Of a stretch of DNA of 64,000 bases, positions 1 through 10,528 are shown one piece after another; within the stretch, counting starts at the first letter, position 1, and the number at the start of each line of letters is the position of its first letter. Made by a program: the position numbers and the translations under genes. The notes under the pieces were generated by a model that did not search any database, had not been told where the DNA came from, and worked only from the letters and a program-made list of their open reading frames with translations. The stretch comes from Octopus sinensis (Eukaryota), in contig NC_042997.1 in the NCBI RefSeq assembly GCF_006345805.1, positions 108,624,001 to 108,688,000 of the forward strand. The letters run 5' to 3'.

Positions 1-832
1 AATTTGGTTACTCTTAATTTTAAAGAATATTTGTTTTTCTAATGAAATTTTGCAAAGAAAGATATGAGAAAGTTCGAGAGGGGTTGAAATAATTAAATCG
101 GCATTACTTAAATGCAGAGGTCCCAATGCATCTACGTAACGATGTGAAGGGGAGGGTTAGTTTTAAGGGTTAGGGTACCCACACAAAGTACATTTAAAAT
201 GTTTTGTACGTGACACCTATATCTAAGTAGTATCGTTAAGGGACCTCTGTATTTAAGTAGTACAATTAAATCGACCCTCCTGGAGAGAATGAAAGATGAA
301 GTCTGATTAAAAAAAAACACATTAACATCGCCAGATATTCATTTAAACGATAAAGCGCTGGGATTTGCACTTAAATAGCATGGAGTGCTGAGCCCATTTT
401 ATGAAAATGAGACAACCATTCACACACAAAAAACAATAGTTAAAATCTCTTCTTCGTATAGAATGGTGGCAAGTTTTACGTCGTCTGAAAAAGTCATTAG
501 TTGAGCTATTTCTTGGCGGACATTTCAACAAATGCCCATAAATTAAATGCATTTATCGTGTCCGTCAGGCCACGATGGTGGTCCGTTGCACTTTATGTAT
601 TAATCTCTCGCTCCGACGTTAAAATAAACATGAGACAAGAAAAAACACGTGTTTCCTTCATAAAAACTAATTGTGGGTCAAAATATGTTCAGAAGACATT
701 GCATCGTTGTTATCCCTACAACTAAAATATTTGAATGCCACAAAGAACCACAATATATGGGTACAAGTACCCAATATATGTTCATTAATAAATTAAAGAG
801 CCCCTATATATATTTATTAAGGAATTACTCAC

Positions 833-877
833 AATTTCTGGCGGAGCTTGTCTCTCAGGTCGGCCACTTGCTGCCAT
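833..877 (-). CDS. BUD23: First coding exon of 18S rRNA m7G methyltransferase BUD23/WBSCR22 (rest of gene off the left edge)
   Basis: Minus strand gcaatATGGCAGCAAGTGGCCGACCTGAGAGACAAGCTCCGCCAGAAATT|gtgagt = MAASGRPERQAPPEI, then a phase-0 donor. Matches the recalled human BUD23 N-terminus MASRGRRPEHGGPPEL. No exon 2 (FY..EA.KY) found in 1-826. Confidence 0.85.
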
Positions 878-1090
878 ATTGCGACAAGTTTAAAGACATC
901 AAGCAAAGCTAGCAGTTTCTAGATATATTTTCTTTGATAAAAGTTTATTAACTCTTTTCAACATTGAAACAATAATAAACCATGTATTTTTATATGCGAT
1001 ATTTTGAAATATTTTTCTTGTTATATTTATAAATAAACGGTATGTATAAAGCTGGGTTTCGGAGCCAACACCCGGTCGAGGTCAGCGCCT
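878..1090. promoter_or_regulatory. Putative bidirectional promoter between BUD23 and DNAJC30
   Basis: 213 bp between divergent ATGs at 877(-) and 1091(+); AT-rich core with GC-richer flanks. Function inferred from geometry only. Confidence 0.7.
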
Positions 1091-1960
1091 ATGGCTCTCA
1101 ATAACTCCCAGATTCCTTTCAGGATCTGTTTAATTTCTCATGGATTTACCAGCAGATCGAATTTTCGAAGTATTTGTCCATCTAAGGCTCGATATTTTGA
1201 CCGAAGAAGATATCTTCAAAATGGGTTTTATACAAGTAGATTGCTCCACAATTATGTAAGTATGTGTCGACAAGTGTCTGGTCTCTTAATTAACAAACAG
1301 AGGTGCCCTTACGGCGCGCATTGGGCCATCGCAAGAAATATTTACATTTCTCAAAACAAAAGGCCTACAACACTTAACAGATTGTTATATAATCGGAAAT
1401 GCTTTTCTGTCCGTTTCCTATCTTCTAGACGTGTTGGACGTAAGTTTGAAGTAAAAAGTCGAAACTTGTTTGATGTTTTAGAAGTTACTCCCAGGGCTCA
1501 CAGTTCAGAAATTAAGAAATCTTTTTACCGGTTATCGAAACGATATCATCCTGATATAAATAAATCACAAGAAGCAGTTACAAAGTTTACAGAAATTTCT
1601 GCAGCTTATGAAATTCTTAAAGACCCTCAAAAACGTCGAATGTATGAGAGAGAACTGATGGGCAGCAAAGAAATAAGTTCTGAACAGCTCAGGAGACATA
1701 CCAGTGGAAGTATGAGCATGCAAGAGCATTACAATAAACATCTTCAAAACAAATCTCAGATTAAGAGACGTGCTGTTAAGTATGACGATGACTTTTGGGT
1801 TTATTATGGATCTATGAAGGACTCTAGGAAAAATAGCCACGAAAATTTAGAAGCAGTTTTAAAAAGATATCATGAAGAGGAAAGACATAGAAGAGCAAAA
1901 GGACTTCTAGGAGGAACGGTGGCCCTGATTTTTTTATTGGCAGTTGTGTTTTGGAAATAA
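1091..1960 (+). CDS. DNAJC30: Intronless mitochondrial J-domain protein, DNAJC30/WBSCR18-like (289 aa)
   Basis: Arg/Ser-rich, nearly acid-free N-terminus (presequence-like); J-domain RNLFDVLEV...YRLSKRYHPDINK...AAYEILKDPQKRRMYE with HPD; C-terminal hydrophobic helix LLGGTVALIFLLAVVFW. Single exon and divergent to BUD23, as in human. The true start could be a downstream Met. Confidence 0.85.
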   Translation: MALNNSQIPFRICLISHGFTSRSNFRSICPSKARYFDRRRYLQNGFYTSRLLHNYVSMCRQVSGLLINKQRCPYGAHWAIARNIYISQNKRPTTLNRLLYNRKCFSVRFLSSRRVGRKFEVKSRNLFDVLEVTPRAHSSEIKKSFYRLSKRYHPDINKSQEAVTKFTEISAAYEILKDPQKRRMYERELMGSKEISSEQLRRHTSGSMSMQEHYNKHLQNKSQIKRRAVKYDDDFWVYYGSMKDSRKNSHENLEAVLKRYHEEERHRRAKGLLGGTVALIFLLAVVFWK

Positions 1961-2059
1961 CAAACAACTTGAGTTAAATTTTGTTTTTGTATAATATGAA
2001 GTTTTTTTGTGTTATATATTCGGTTATTTTGGTCGTAGTTTCTTGAAACCTGCTGCCAT

Positions 2060-2143
2060 AATAAATATATTTCTGTTCTACATATTTTAATATGTTACAA
2101 CCAGCAATAGTAATTCTCAAAGTTATATTAACTTTTAAATAAA
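2060..2143 (+). terminator. Candidate poly(A) signals of the DNAJC30-like gene
   Basis: AATAAA at 2060-2065 and 2138-2143, followed by U/GU-rich sequence. Confidence 0.45.
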
Positions 2144-3029
2144 TTATTGAATATTTGTTTAATTGTTTTCTTGACTGGGATTCCTTGACTGCGGAGAGTC
2201 TGAGTCTGGAAGGTACTTTTTTATATCCAGATCTTCGTTGTTAAACCCTAATTCAGTTCCAACTGTGATCTCTTCTCCACTTTATGTTAAAGCAGCGTGA
2301 GATTAATTCAGTTTGTCTTATTTTTAAGAATGCCGGGTGCTATTTGAGGGAAATGCGACTGTTATTTCTAGCAGGTCAAGGTCACGCGATGATTTGTGCA
2401 AGAAGAGTGATATAACTACTTGAAGGGAATCATATTTGAACCCATCCTATGGACCTTCAATATGGGAACATAACAGAGTTGTGTCCCTTGAACCGAGGAA
2501 TAGGGAGACCATCGGTTTGCTAGAAATAGTAGCAAAATCGCTCTCAAATCACATCCACCCATCTTAAATAAGGATATATTGAAAAATGCATTTAAGGATT
2601 TTTAAAAAATGAAGGTAAACTGACCGCAAATGATGACAATGTCACACCCTAATTTCATGAAAATAAATCGTCACATAATCAATGTATAGATCAATCACAT
2701 TTATGCCATGTTCTTCATTGTGAAGGAGAAGTTCTTTGTTGTCAGCTCCTTCACTGGTTTCTAGCCTACTTTTGCTTTGGCTTCCAGGCTTTCAGAACCA
2801 TCCGTCTATCTACTTTTCATTTGTTCACCAAAATAGCAGAAGCTGCCAACCACTCCAGGAGAGCCTTCTAAGCAGAGTGAATCCCATCTCCCCAGAGTTC
2901 TTCCCACTTGTCTCTATCCATCAGTTACTTATGAATGAAGTCCATCTTTGTGGTCAGGCACGAGTCTGTAACCGCCGTTGATATATTAATTAAAACAGTG
3001 TTAATATATTATTAACTATCTTACAAACA

Positions 3030-3400
3030 ATAACTCTGAGCACCTTTTCAAACTCCACCTGTCTAACACCTGTGGACATGTTTACAAAGTCAGAAAACAG
3101 CACAGCTCCCATGACTTTCAGAAACATCTTTTTAACGCTAAGAGTTGCTGAAGCATGGAACAAACTGCTGGCATCAGTTGTTGGCGGAGCACTGCATCCT
3201 TCAAAACTTCCATGCTTCCTGAAATTCGCCAACACTACACCTGATTTTCTCCCCTCCATACACAAGCAAACATGTATCTGACTCATACACTTTTCGCTTT
3301 CCAGACATTTGTACATTACTGCATATGCTTTATACGCACTTTTGACAAGTTCTGGTGCACCTGAGCACTGTATACAATAATTTCATTATTATTATTATTA
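3030..3400 (+). mobile_element. CR1/L2-group LINE 3' fragment with (ATT)n tail
   Basis: Translates to FRNIFLTLRVAEAWNKL (CR1-type RT C-terminus F..RV...WN.L), then a 3' UTR ending tacaataatttcattattattatt. The same 3' UTR recurs at ~34535-34692. Confidence 0.7.
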
Positions 3401-3925
3401 AATTAATTAAAATCAAGTGTTAACCCTTACAATATGCAAATTATTTGCACCAGTTCTCAGTAATTGTTGAGTATGGAACCAAAATGACTGCTTGTTTCTA
3501 TGGGATTGATAAAATTGATGCTGACACCTCTGATGAGATTCCAGTAAGATTCGAAAATTGATCCAAGTTGTTCATCGTTCTTTTAGCCCTGTTTATAAAG
3601 GTACTATACAGGTTACATATATGTTTGTGTGTATATGATATAGGGTTGACCAAAAGCCACCTGACAGTAAATCAAAACCATTTAATTCTGGGATTTTATT
3701 TATGTTTAACAACTGAATGAATTTAATAAAAGCATCTAAATGTGAAATATCATGAAAATTGTTCAAGCTGAAGTCCTTCTTGAGCAACACACTTTTTCCA
3801 CTAGAATGAATACAGAATTACAGATGGTATTTATGGAGTTTTGATCTACTATCGGGTGACTTTTGGCCAACCCTGTATATCGGATAATATGATGTCAAAT
3901 GGTGAACATATTAGTTGAATACAAA

Positions 3926-4156
3926 GGCGGTGATCTGGCAGAAATATTAGCATGCCGGGCGAAATGTGTAGCCGTATTTCGTATGCCGTTACGTTCTGAG
4001 TTCAAATTCCGCCGAGGTCGACTTTACCTTTCATCCTTTTGGGATCGATTAAATAAGTACCAGTTACGCACTGAGGTCGATATAATCGACTTAATCCGTT
4101 TGTCTGTCCTTGTTTGTCCCCTCTGTATTTAGCCCCTTGTGGGTAGTAAAGAAATA
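3926..4156 (+). mobile_element. tRNA-derived SINE, family C (monomer)
   Basis: GGCGG..TGGCAGAAA (A box), GAGTTCAAATT (B box), central GTCGACTTTACCTTTCATCCTTTTGGGATCGAT..AAGTACCAG, tail GTAGTAAAGAAATA. Many further copies at 43216-43420, 47365-47772, 56755-57210 and 58350-59021. Confidence 0.85.
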
Positions 4157-4671
4157 CGTATTAGGTGAATACAATTGGTGCTCAGATTGAATTCATGACT
4201 AAACTGACTTGAAATGCAGGAGTGCAATAGCTACAGGTAATGTATTGATTCATATATACAATCACTGGACTACCTGTGACCTCTTGGGTCATTGACGGTT
4301 CAGGTTATAAAACACTGAGGCTGATTTCAACATTGCATTGAAATGAAAGTTAATTTTATGATGATTCAGTTAAATGTTTCAATTTGTTTGTGTTATCATA
4401 GGTCTGTTTACAAGTTCATGTTTAAGGTTTTATTGATTATTTACAGCATCCAATAGAAATAGAACTTCTGGGATGAACTTGAACTCCAGTAACAGCATTT
4501 ATTTATGGCTTATGTGCACACTTCTACAAAAAAGCAAAAGGAACTGTTATACAACATAAAATTAATGGAAACAATTTTCACAGTATTATATATTTCCATT
4601 TCAGGGTTATGTTACTTTCATTATGTGCTGTTTTGGCTATTTATGAAGATACCCTAAAAAAAAAAAAAAAA

Positions 4672-5155
4672 ACATCTCAGGAATCCATGGTCTAATTTCC
4701 GTAAAACTTGTTTTATTCTGTTTGTATTCATATTTCAGGCATACCTTTCTTTCAGAGTATTTTTCCATTATGCACTGGTCTGGCTGTATTAAATTACAGA
4801 CAAGCACGCATGGAAGCAAGCACTCACAGAGTTTTAGTAGTATATAGATAGATAGATTATCCAGAGATGTCATACATGTGAAGCAGGTAAGTAAAGTGGA
4901 AAAGTTTTCATATACTCTATTCAGTAATAACTCCAGGTTTCACTGCTTAAATTTGTGGAAACAAACCTAAAAAAACTGCATATCTCAGGAATCCATGATC
5001 TGATTTATGTGAAACTTGTTTTATTCTGTTTGTGATCATATTTCAGGGGTACCTTACTTTCAGAGTATTTTCCCGTTATGCACCGGTTTTGCTGTATTAA
5101 ATTACAGACAAGCATGCATGTGAGCAATCACAGTTTTATCAATGTATAGATAGAC
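4672..5155 (+). repeat. Two diverged direct copies of a ~180 bp unit (period ~310 bp)
   Basis: atctcaggaatccatg...cttgttttattctgtttg...catatttcagg...ctttcagagtattt...gctgtattaaattacagacaagca occurs at ~4672-4860 and ~4983-5155. Confidence 0.85.
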
Positions 5156-5189
5156 CAAAATGATAGATAGGCAAACAACAGGTATCGAG

Positions 5190-5790
5190 GCAGATTATAA
5201 TATACAACAAAGAGAGAAAAAAAAAACAACTGCATAGAGAAGAGAAAATTGCAGGAAGTCAGTAAAAGTTTCATTACAGAAAGTTTTTAATAATCGTGAT
5301 GTTAACAGTTAGATTGCAGGAAAAGACAGAAGATAAGTCCACAGTATTGATATGACATAGTTTGGTAAGGACATGAAAGTTATCACAAGCAAAAACCTTG
5401 TAACTGAAAGAAGTTGTGCAGATCCTTACAGCTGTTTCTGGAATAGTTGCAATTCTCTTCATCCATATTCCCTCTGAAGACGATATAGGCCAACACAAAA
5501 ATGTTAGATGCTTGCAGCTAAAGAGAACTGCACCAATTCTGCATTTATTTTTGAAACAATCTGCATACCTTTTTTTTCAACTGCAAGGTTTTTACTTGTG
5601 ATAACTTCCATCTACCTACCCAACTTTGTCATATCAGTACTATGGACTTATTGTCTGCCTCTTCCTGGAATCTGTTTACATTACAACTATTAAGAACTTC
5701 CCTAAGTCAGAAATTTTACTGACCTCCTGCAATTTTCACTTCTTTAGGCATTCATTTTTCTCTATGTTGTATCAATGTCATAATCTAACC
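5190..5790. repeat. Foldback 1: diverged inverted repeat, ~270 bp arms, ~60 nt loop
   Basis: gaaaattgcaggaagtcagtaaaa...ataagtccacagtattgatatgaca...agttatcacaagcaaaaacctt pairs with the reverse complement in 5520-5790. Confidence 0.85.
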
Positions 5791-6719
5791 TAATATCTTT
5801 TTGTTCTGTTATTCATATATGTTTGTTGCATTGGACAGATACGTTACTGAGGCATTGATTTACAGCCGAGTATCTTTCTTGTTGCTAACCTTTACCTATT
5901 TTTCAAGTGAGGGATCTCTTCTTTTACATCTCCAAATGAGGGAGTGAATGAACAATTAGTTGATGAGTGACAACAACCCTCACAGCAGGAGACTATCAAG
6001 TGCAAATGCAATGTTCACATGACGGGTTTTCTGTGGATATATATATATATATACACATACACACACACATACATATTTATGCATGCATACATCATCAACG
6101 TTTAACATCTGCTTTCCATGCTGGTATGGGTTGGATGGTTTGACTGAGGACTGGCAAACCACAGGATTATATAAATAGCTTTTAGGTGCAGGTGTGGCAA
6201 GAAGTTTGATTCCCAATAACACTGTTCCGGGTTCAGTCCCACTGCATAGCACCTTGAGCAAGTATATTCTATTGCCTCAGACCAACCAAAGTTTTGAGAG
6301 TTGGTTTGGAAGAAAGAAACAGAAAGAAGCCCATCATATATATATATATATATAATTCCAAGAGCATTAGAGGTTGTGAATCCAACCAACTAAGGGATAA
6401 TATCTATCCAATATACTGCTGGTAGAATACCCAATTATTTTTTCATTGCATGGCAATTATATTACCAAGTGTATTAAATGGGTGAGGGTAAAGAGTTATT
6501 TTACCATTAATTTATAGAGAAATAAGAAAATGGAGGGGATCAATAGGTGGTATTCAACTTTTAGACGTTATATTATGTCAATTTATTTATTTACAAAAAG
6601 GACAATTATAACAATATACATACATGTATAACATATTATGCTTTACGTATATAATATATAAAATATAAAAATATCAGTAATTATTAAAATATATAACATA
6701 TAGCAATAGAAATTGGGAT

Positions 6720-6849
6720 AATATCTTACAGCCGTTTCAGCCAAGAGGCAATAATACCCCATTCTACCTTTATCCCTCTAGGGGACTGAAGTAATTAGTA
6801 GATGAAATTGAGGTACTTGCGTGTTTCTCTAGGCTTCGTCAGAGATTTT
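6720..6849 (-). ncRNA. Type I hammerhead ribozyme (left arm of foldback 2)
   Basis: AAAAUCU-CUGACGA(6842-6836)-AGCC...long stem II...GGCU-GAAA-C-GGCU-GU-A/AGAUAUU. Predicted GUA cleavage between 6727 and 6726. Confidence 0.7.
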
Positions 6850-7371
6850 AGAAAGTACATAAGGTTAAGTTATAAATATAAATACACACACATATACATA
6901 AGTATACATAAATATATATACCTACACTTAAATGTATATGCATACAAAAGAATCATTATTAATATTATTAGATGCATTATATTAATCATATTAAATAAAA
7001 TATAAACAGAGGTATGAGAAAGTTATGAGGAGTAATATTGTAATTTATAAAATCCAAATATCTTAAAGCTATTTTAGTTATTTAAGGATGAAACTGTATA
7101 TACAGAACAATAGATGACAAATCAGATTACATAACTGAACAAAAATAACCCTTCCCCACTTCCTGCAGGATTTCAACTACTGCATAAAGAAAAAAATAAC
7201 AGAGAAATAAACATATCACATGTTTATATGAAAATATATATAAGTTTGTGTATTATTGTTATAATTATAATGATACAAACTTCTACACTTATCCTCCCTT
7301 CTAAACACATCTAATACATATGTACCTATGAGTATGTTTGAGCAGAAATATATATATATATATAAATATAA

Positions 7372-7762
7372 GGCGCAGGAGCGGCTGTGTGGTAAGTAGC
7401 TTGTTTACCAACCACATGGTTCTGGGTTCAGTCCCACTGCGTGGCACCTTGGGCAAGAGTCTTCTACTATAGCCTCGGGCCGACCAAAGCCTTGTGAGTG
7501 GATTTGGTAGACGGAAACTGAAAGAAGCCCATCGTATATATGTATATATATATATGTGTGTTTGTGTGTCTGTGTTTGTCCCCCTAGCATTGCTTGACAA
7601 CCGATGCTGGTGTGTTTATGTCCCCATTACTTAACGGTTCGGCAAAAAGAGACCGATAGAATAAGTACTTGGCTTACAAAAAGAATAAGTCCCGGGGTCG
7701 AGTTGCTCGATTAAAGGCGGTGCTCCAGCATGGCTGCAGTCAAATGACTGAAACAAGTAAGA
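7372..7762 (+). mobile_element. tRNA-derived SINE, family A (full length)
   Basis: GGCGCAGGAGCGGCTGTGTGGTAAG, B box GGTTCAGTCCC, CORE-like GGCACCTTGGGCAAG, internal TA/TG microsatellite, 3' ATGACTGAAACAAGTAA. Further copies or fragments at e.g. 15715-16045(-), 29090-29455, 32520-32865, 48055-48600 and 49195-49345. Confidence 0.9.
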
Positions 7763-8048
7763 GTATGTGTGTGTGTGTTCCTCATGTATATACAGTTTCA
7801 TCCTTACATAACTAAAATAAATATTGATTTTATAAATTTCAACATTACTCCTCATAACTTTCTCATACCTCTGTTTATATTTTATATAATATGATTAATA
7901 TAATGCATCTAATAATATTAATAATAATAATGATTCTTTTGTATGCATATACATACACATATGCATGTACATTTAAGTGTAGGTATAGGTATTTAAGTAT
8001 GTATATGTGTGTGTATTTATATTTATAACTTAACCTTATGTACTTTCT

Positions 8049-8178
8049 AAAATCTCTGACGAAGCCTAGAGAAACACGCAAGTACCTCAATTTCATCTAC
8101 TAATTACTTCAGTCCCCTGGAGGGATAAAGGTAGAATGAGGTATTTTTGCCTCTTGGCTGAAACAGCTGTAAGATATT
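8049..8178 (+). ncRNA. Type I hammerhead ribozyme (right arm of foldback 2)
   Basis: Stem I AUCU(8052-55)/AGAU(8172-75); CUGACGA 8056-62; stem II AGCC(8063-66)/GGCU(8156-59) extended by AGAG/CUCU, GCAA/UUGC, UACCUCA/UGAGGUA, UCUAC/GUAGA and a UCCC/GGGA cap; GAAA 8160-63; stem III AC/GU with palindromic loop AGCU; GUA cleavage after 8171. Confidence 0.75.
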
Positions 8179-8369
8179 ATCCCAATTTCTATAGCTATAT
8201 GTTATATATTTTAATAATTACTGATATTTTTATATTATATATGTAAAGCATATGTTATACATGTATGTATATTGTTATAATTGTCCTTTTAGTAAATAAA
8301 TAAATTGACATAATATAATGTCTAAAAGTTGATTAATATCACTTTTTGAGCCTCTCCATTGTCTTATTG

Positions 8370-8401
<32 letters not shown>

Positions 8402-10034
8402 GTGAGTGTGTAAAATTATGTGTTTGTTCCCCACCACTGCCTGACAACTGGTGTTGGTATGTGGCAAAAAGATACTGATGGAATAAATAGCAGGCTTAAG
8501 AAAGTACTAAGTCTGGGGTTGATTCAGCATCATCGTTTAATGTCCGATTTCCATGCTGGCATGAGTTGGATGGTTTGACTGAGGTCTGGAGAGCCAGTGG
8601 CTGCACCAGGCCCCAATCTGATCTGGCAGCTTCTACAGCTGGATGCCCTTCCTAATGCTAACCACTCCGAGAGTAGTGGGTGCTTTATACATGCCACCAG
8701 CACAGGAGCCAGTCAGAGTGTACTGGCATCGGTCATGATCAGTTGGTGCTTTTTATGTGCCACTGGCACGGGAGCCAGACTTGGGGTACTGGCATTGGCC
8801 ACGTTCATTCAACTAAAATTCTTCAGGTCAGTACCACAGTATGGCTACAGTCTAATGACTGAAATAAGTAAAAGATATATATATATAGATTTCCATGCAT
8901 TAATCCATGTTTGATACCAAATAAGTTTCTGTTAGACATTGCTTGTGAAATAAACAGGAGTTGAACCTCCATCTGTTCTTTTTTCTGACCTTTGCCCCTC
9001 CTCTCCACAACACAGTACAATATTCAATTCATTTTCAGCGGTTAATATTTCCATTCCGTGGTGTTTGTTAACATATTGACATCCTTCTGATATTTGTAGG
9101 GATGTGAGGTATCGTTGGTAGATTCAACCCCAGTATAAAACTGGTATGTCTTTTATCACTCCCTAATGGATGAAAGACAAAAACTCAGCAGAACATCAGT
9201 TTCTGGGACAAACTACCATGAAGCATCTAGTCTGGTGCTTTAACTTCTTGTGGGCTCATTTGTTATCAGTTTGCAACAGGCCACTCACAGCATTTAAGAT
9301 GTCGAGGATGATAGGCCAGTGTCTGTGTACCTCAAGTGGAACTATATTTTAAAATAATTTTAGGAAGGGCATCTGCCAGATCAGATTGGAGCCTGGTGCA
9401 GCCATCTGGTTTGCCAGACCTCAGTCAAATCATCCAACCCATGCTAGCATGGAAAGCAGACGTTAAACAATGATGATGATTACTTCATAAACAATTATTT
9501 CTAGCATTCCTTCACTAATCATTATGTCTTTTGTCAACAACATTTAATAATCCATGTTCTCTGCTGGTATGGGTTGAACAATTTGACAGGATCTGATGGG
9601 TTGAAGGACTGCAATTTCTTCCAATGTCTGCTCTGGCCCCAGTTTCTACAGCTGGTTGCCCTTCTTGAATGTAAACATTGATATATAACAACAGAGATTT
9701 AAGAAAAAGCTGGAAGTGGTTTTCCTTCTTTCACTGCTAATTAAGGGGATATCTGAGTCTAAAAATAGCACAGATTCTGGAAAAGGGTACAGTCACCTAA
9801 AAAATCCCTCTATTTTAGTCCAGCAAAATTTGAACTGAAAACGCAGTTCCAACAGAGAAGTGGTTTTGAAATGGAACCATTTCTAATTGCTTCTCTACCA
9901 AATGTGTCTGAGACACAGTCTTCATGGCTAAATTCTCTTCAGAACTTTCAAATCAATTCCTGTTGAAGCCATTTTCAACCATTTTGACCGGTACTGGAGC
10001 ACAGTATTTCCATTAGGACAACAGCAGCAACAGT

Positions 10035-10265
10035 GGAGGCGCAATGGCCCAGTGGTTAGGGTAGTGAACTTGCGGTTTTTGATTCCCAGACCGGGCGTTG
10101 TGTGTGTTTATTGAGCGAAAACACCTAAAGCTCCACAAGGCTCTGGCAAGGGGTGGTGGCGACCCCTGTTGTACTCTTTCGCTCTCACTCTTTCTTCCTG
10201 TTCCTTGTCCCTGACTTCCTATGCAACCGCTGAGCCTGGATGCGCATTCATCCATCCGTCAATGC
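10035..10265 (+). mobile_element. tRNA-derived SINE, family D
   Basis: GGAGGCGCAATGGCCCAGTGGTTAGGG head, GATTCCCAGACCGG B-box region, GAGCGAAAACACCTAAAGCTCCAC body; second copy at 42657-42935. Confidence 0.8.
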
Positions 10266-10486
10266 TCTCAGTGTTGGGGTTTGACCTGCTTTTTCTTCTG
10301 CGGGTCTTACGAATAGCAAAGGACCACGTTTCAGACTTCTCCCACTACAGTGGGACGAAGACCACTTCGCTCAACAAACAAACAAACAAAGCAGCAACAA
10401 CAAAAAGCAAAAACAATACTGTCACACACACACACACACACCAGATCTTAAATATGAAACAAAAATTACTATAAAAGATTTCATGG

Positions 10487-10492
10487 TTTATT
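10487..10492 (-). terminator. Candidate poly(A) signal of GNL3-like gene
   Basis: AATAAA on the minus strand ~37 nt after the stop codon. Confidence 0.4.
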
Positions 10493-10528
10493 TTCCCTTT
10501 ATACAGAAACACTACCAAAGCCTTTTCT

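Larger units (their letters stand above)
6514..8376. repeat. Foldback 2: ~590 bp inverted arms (6514-7104 and 7785-8376) around a ~680 bp spacer containing a SINE
   Basis: Arms align almost base for base; the ORF track shows the same peptide MKLRYLRVSLGFVRDFRKY at 6802(+) and 8096(-). Confidence 0.95.

Noticed and set aside
400-500. TTCTATACGAAGAAGAG (minus) as BUD23 exon 2
   Set aside because: No acceptor AG in front and the frame does not give FY..EA.KY; exon 2 is presumably outside the window.
6802-8096. Identical ORFs MKLRYLRVSLGFV... on opposite strands
   Set aside because: By-product of the inverted repeat; they run antisense to the hammerheads and into AT microsatellite.
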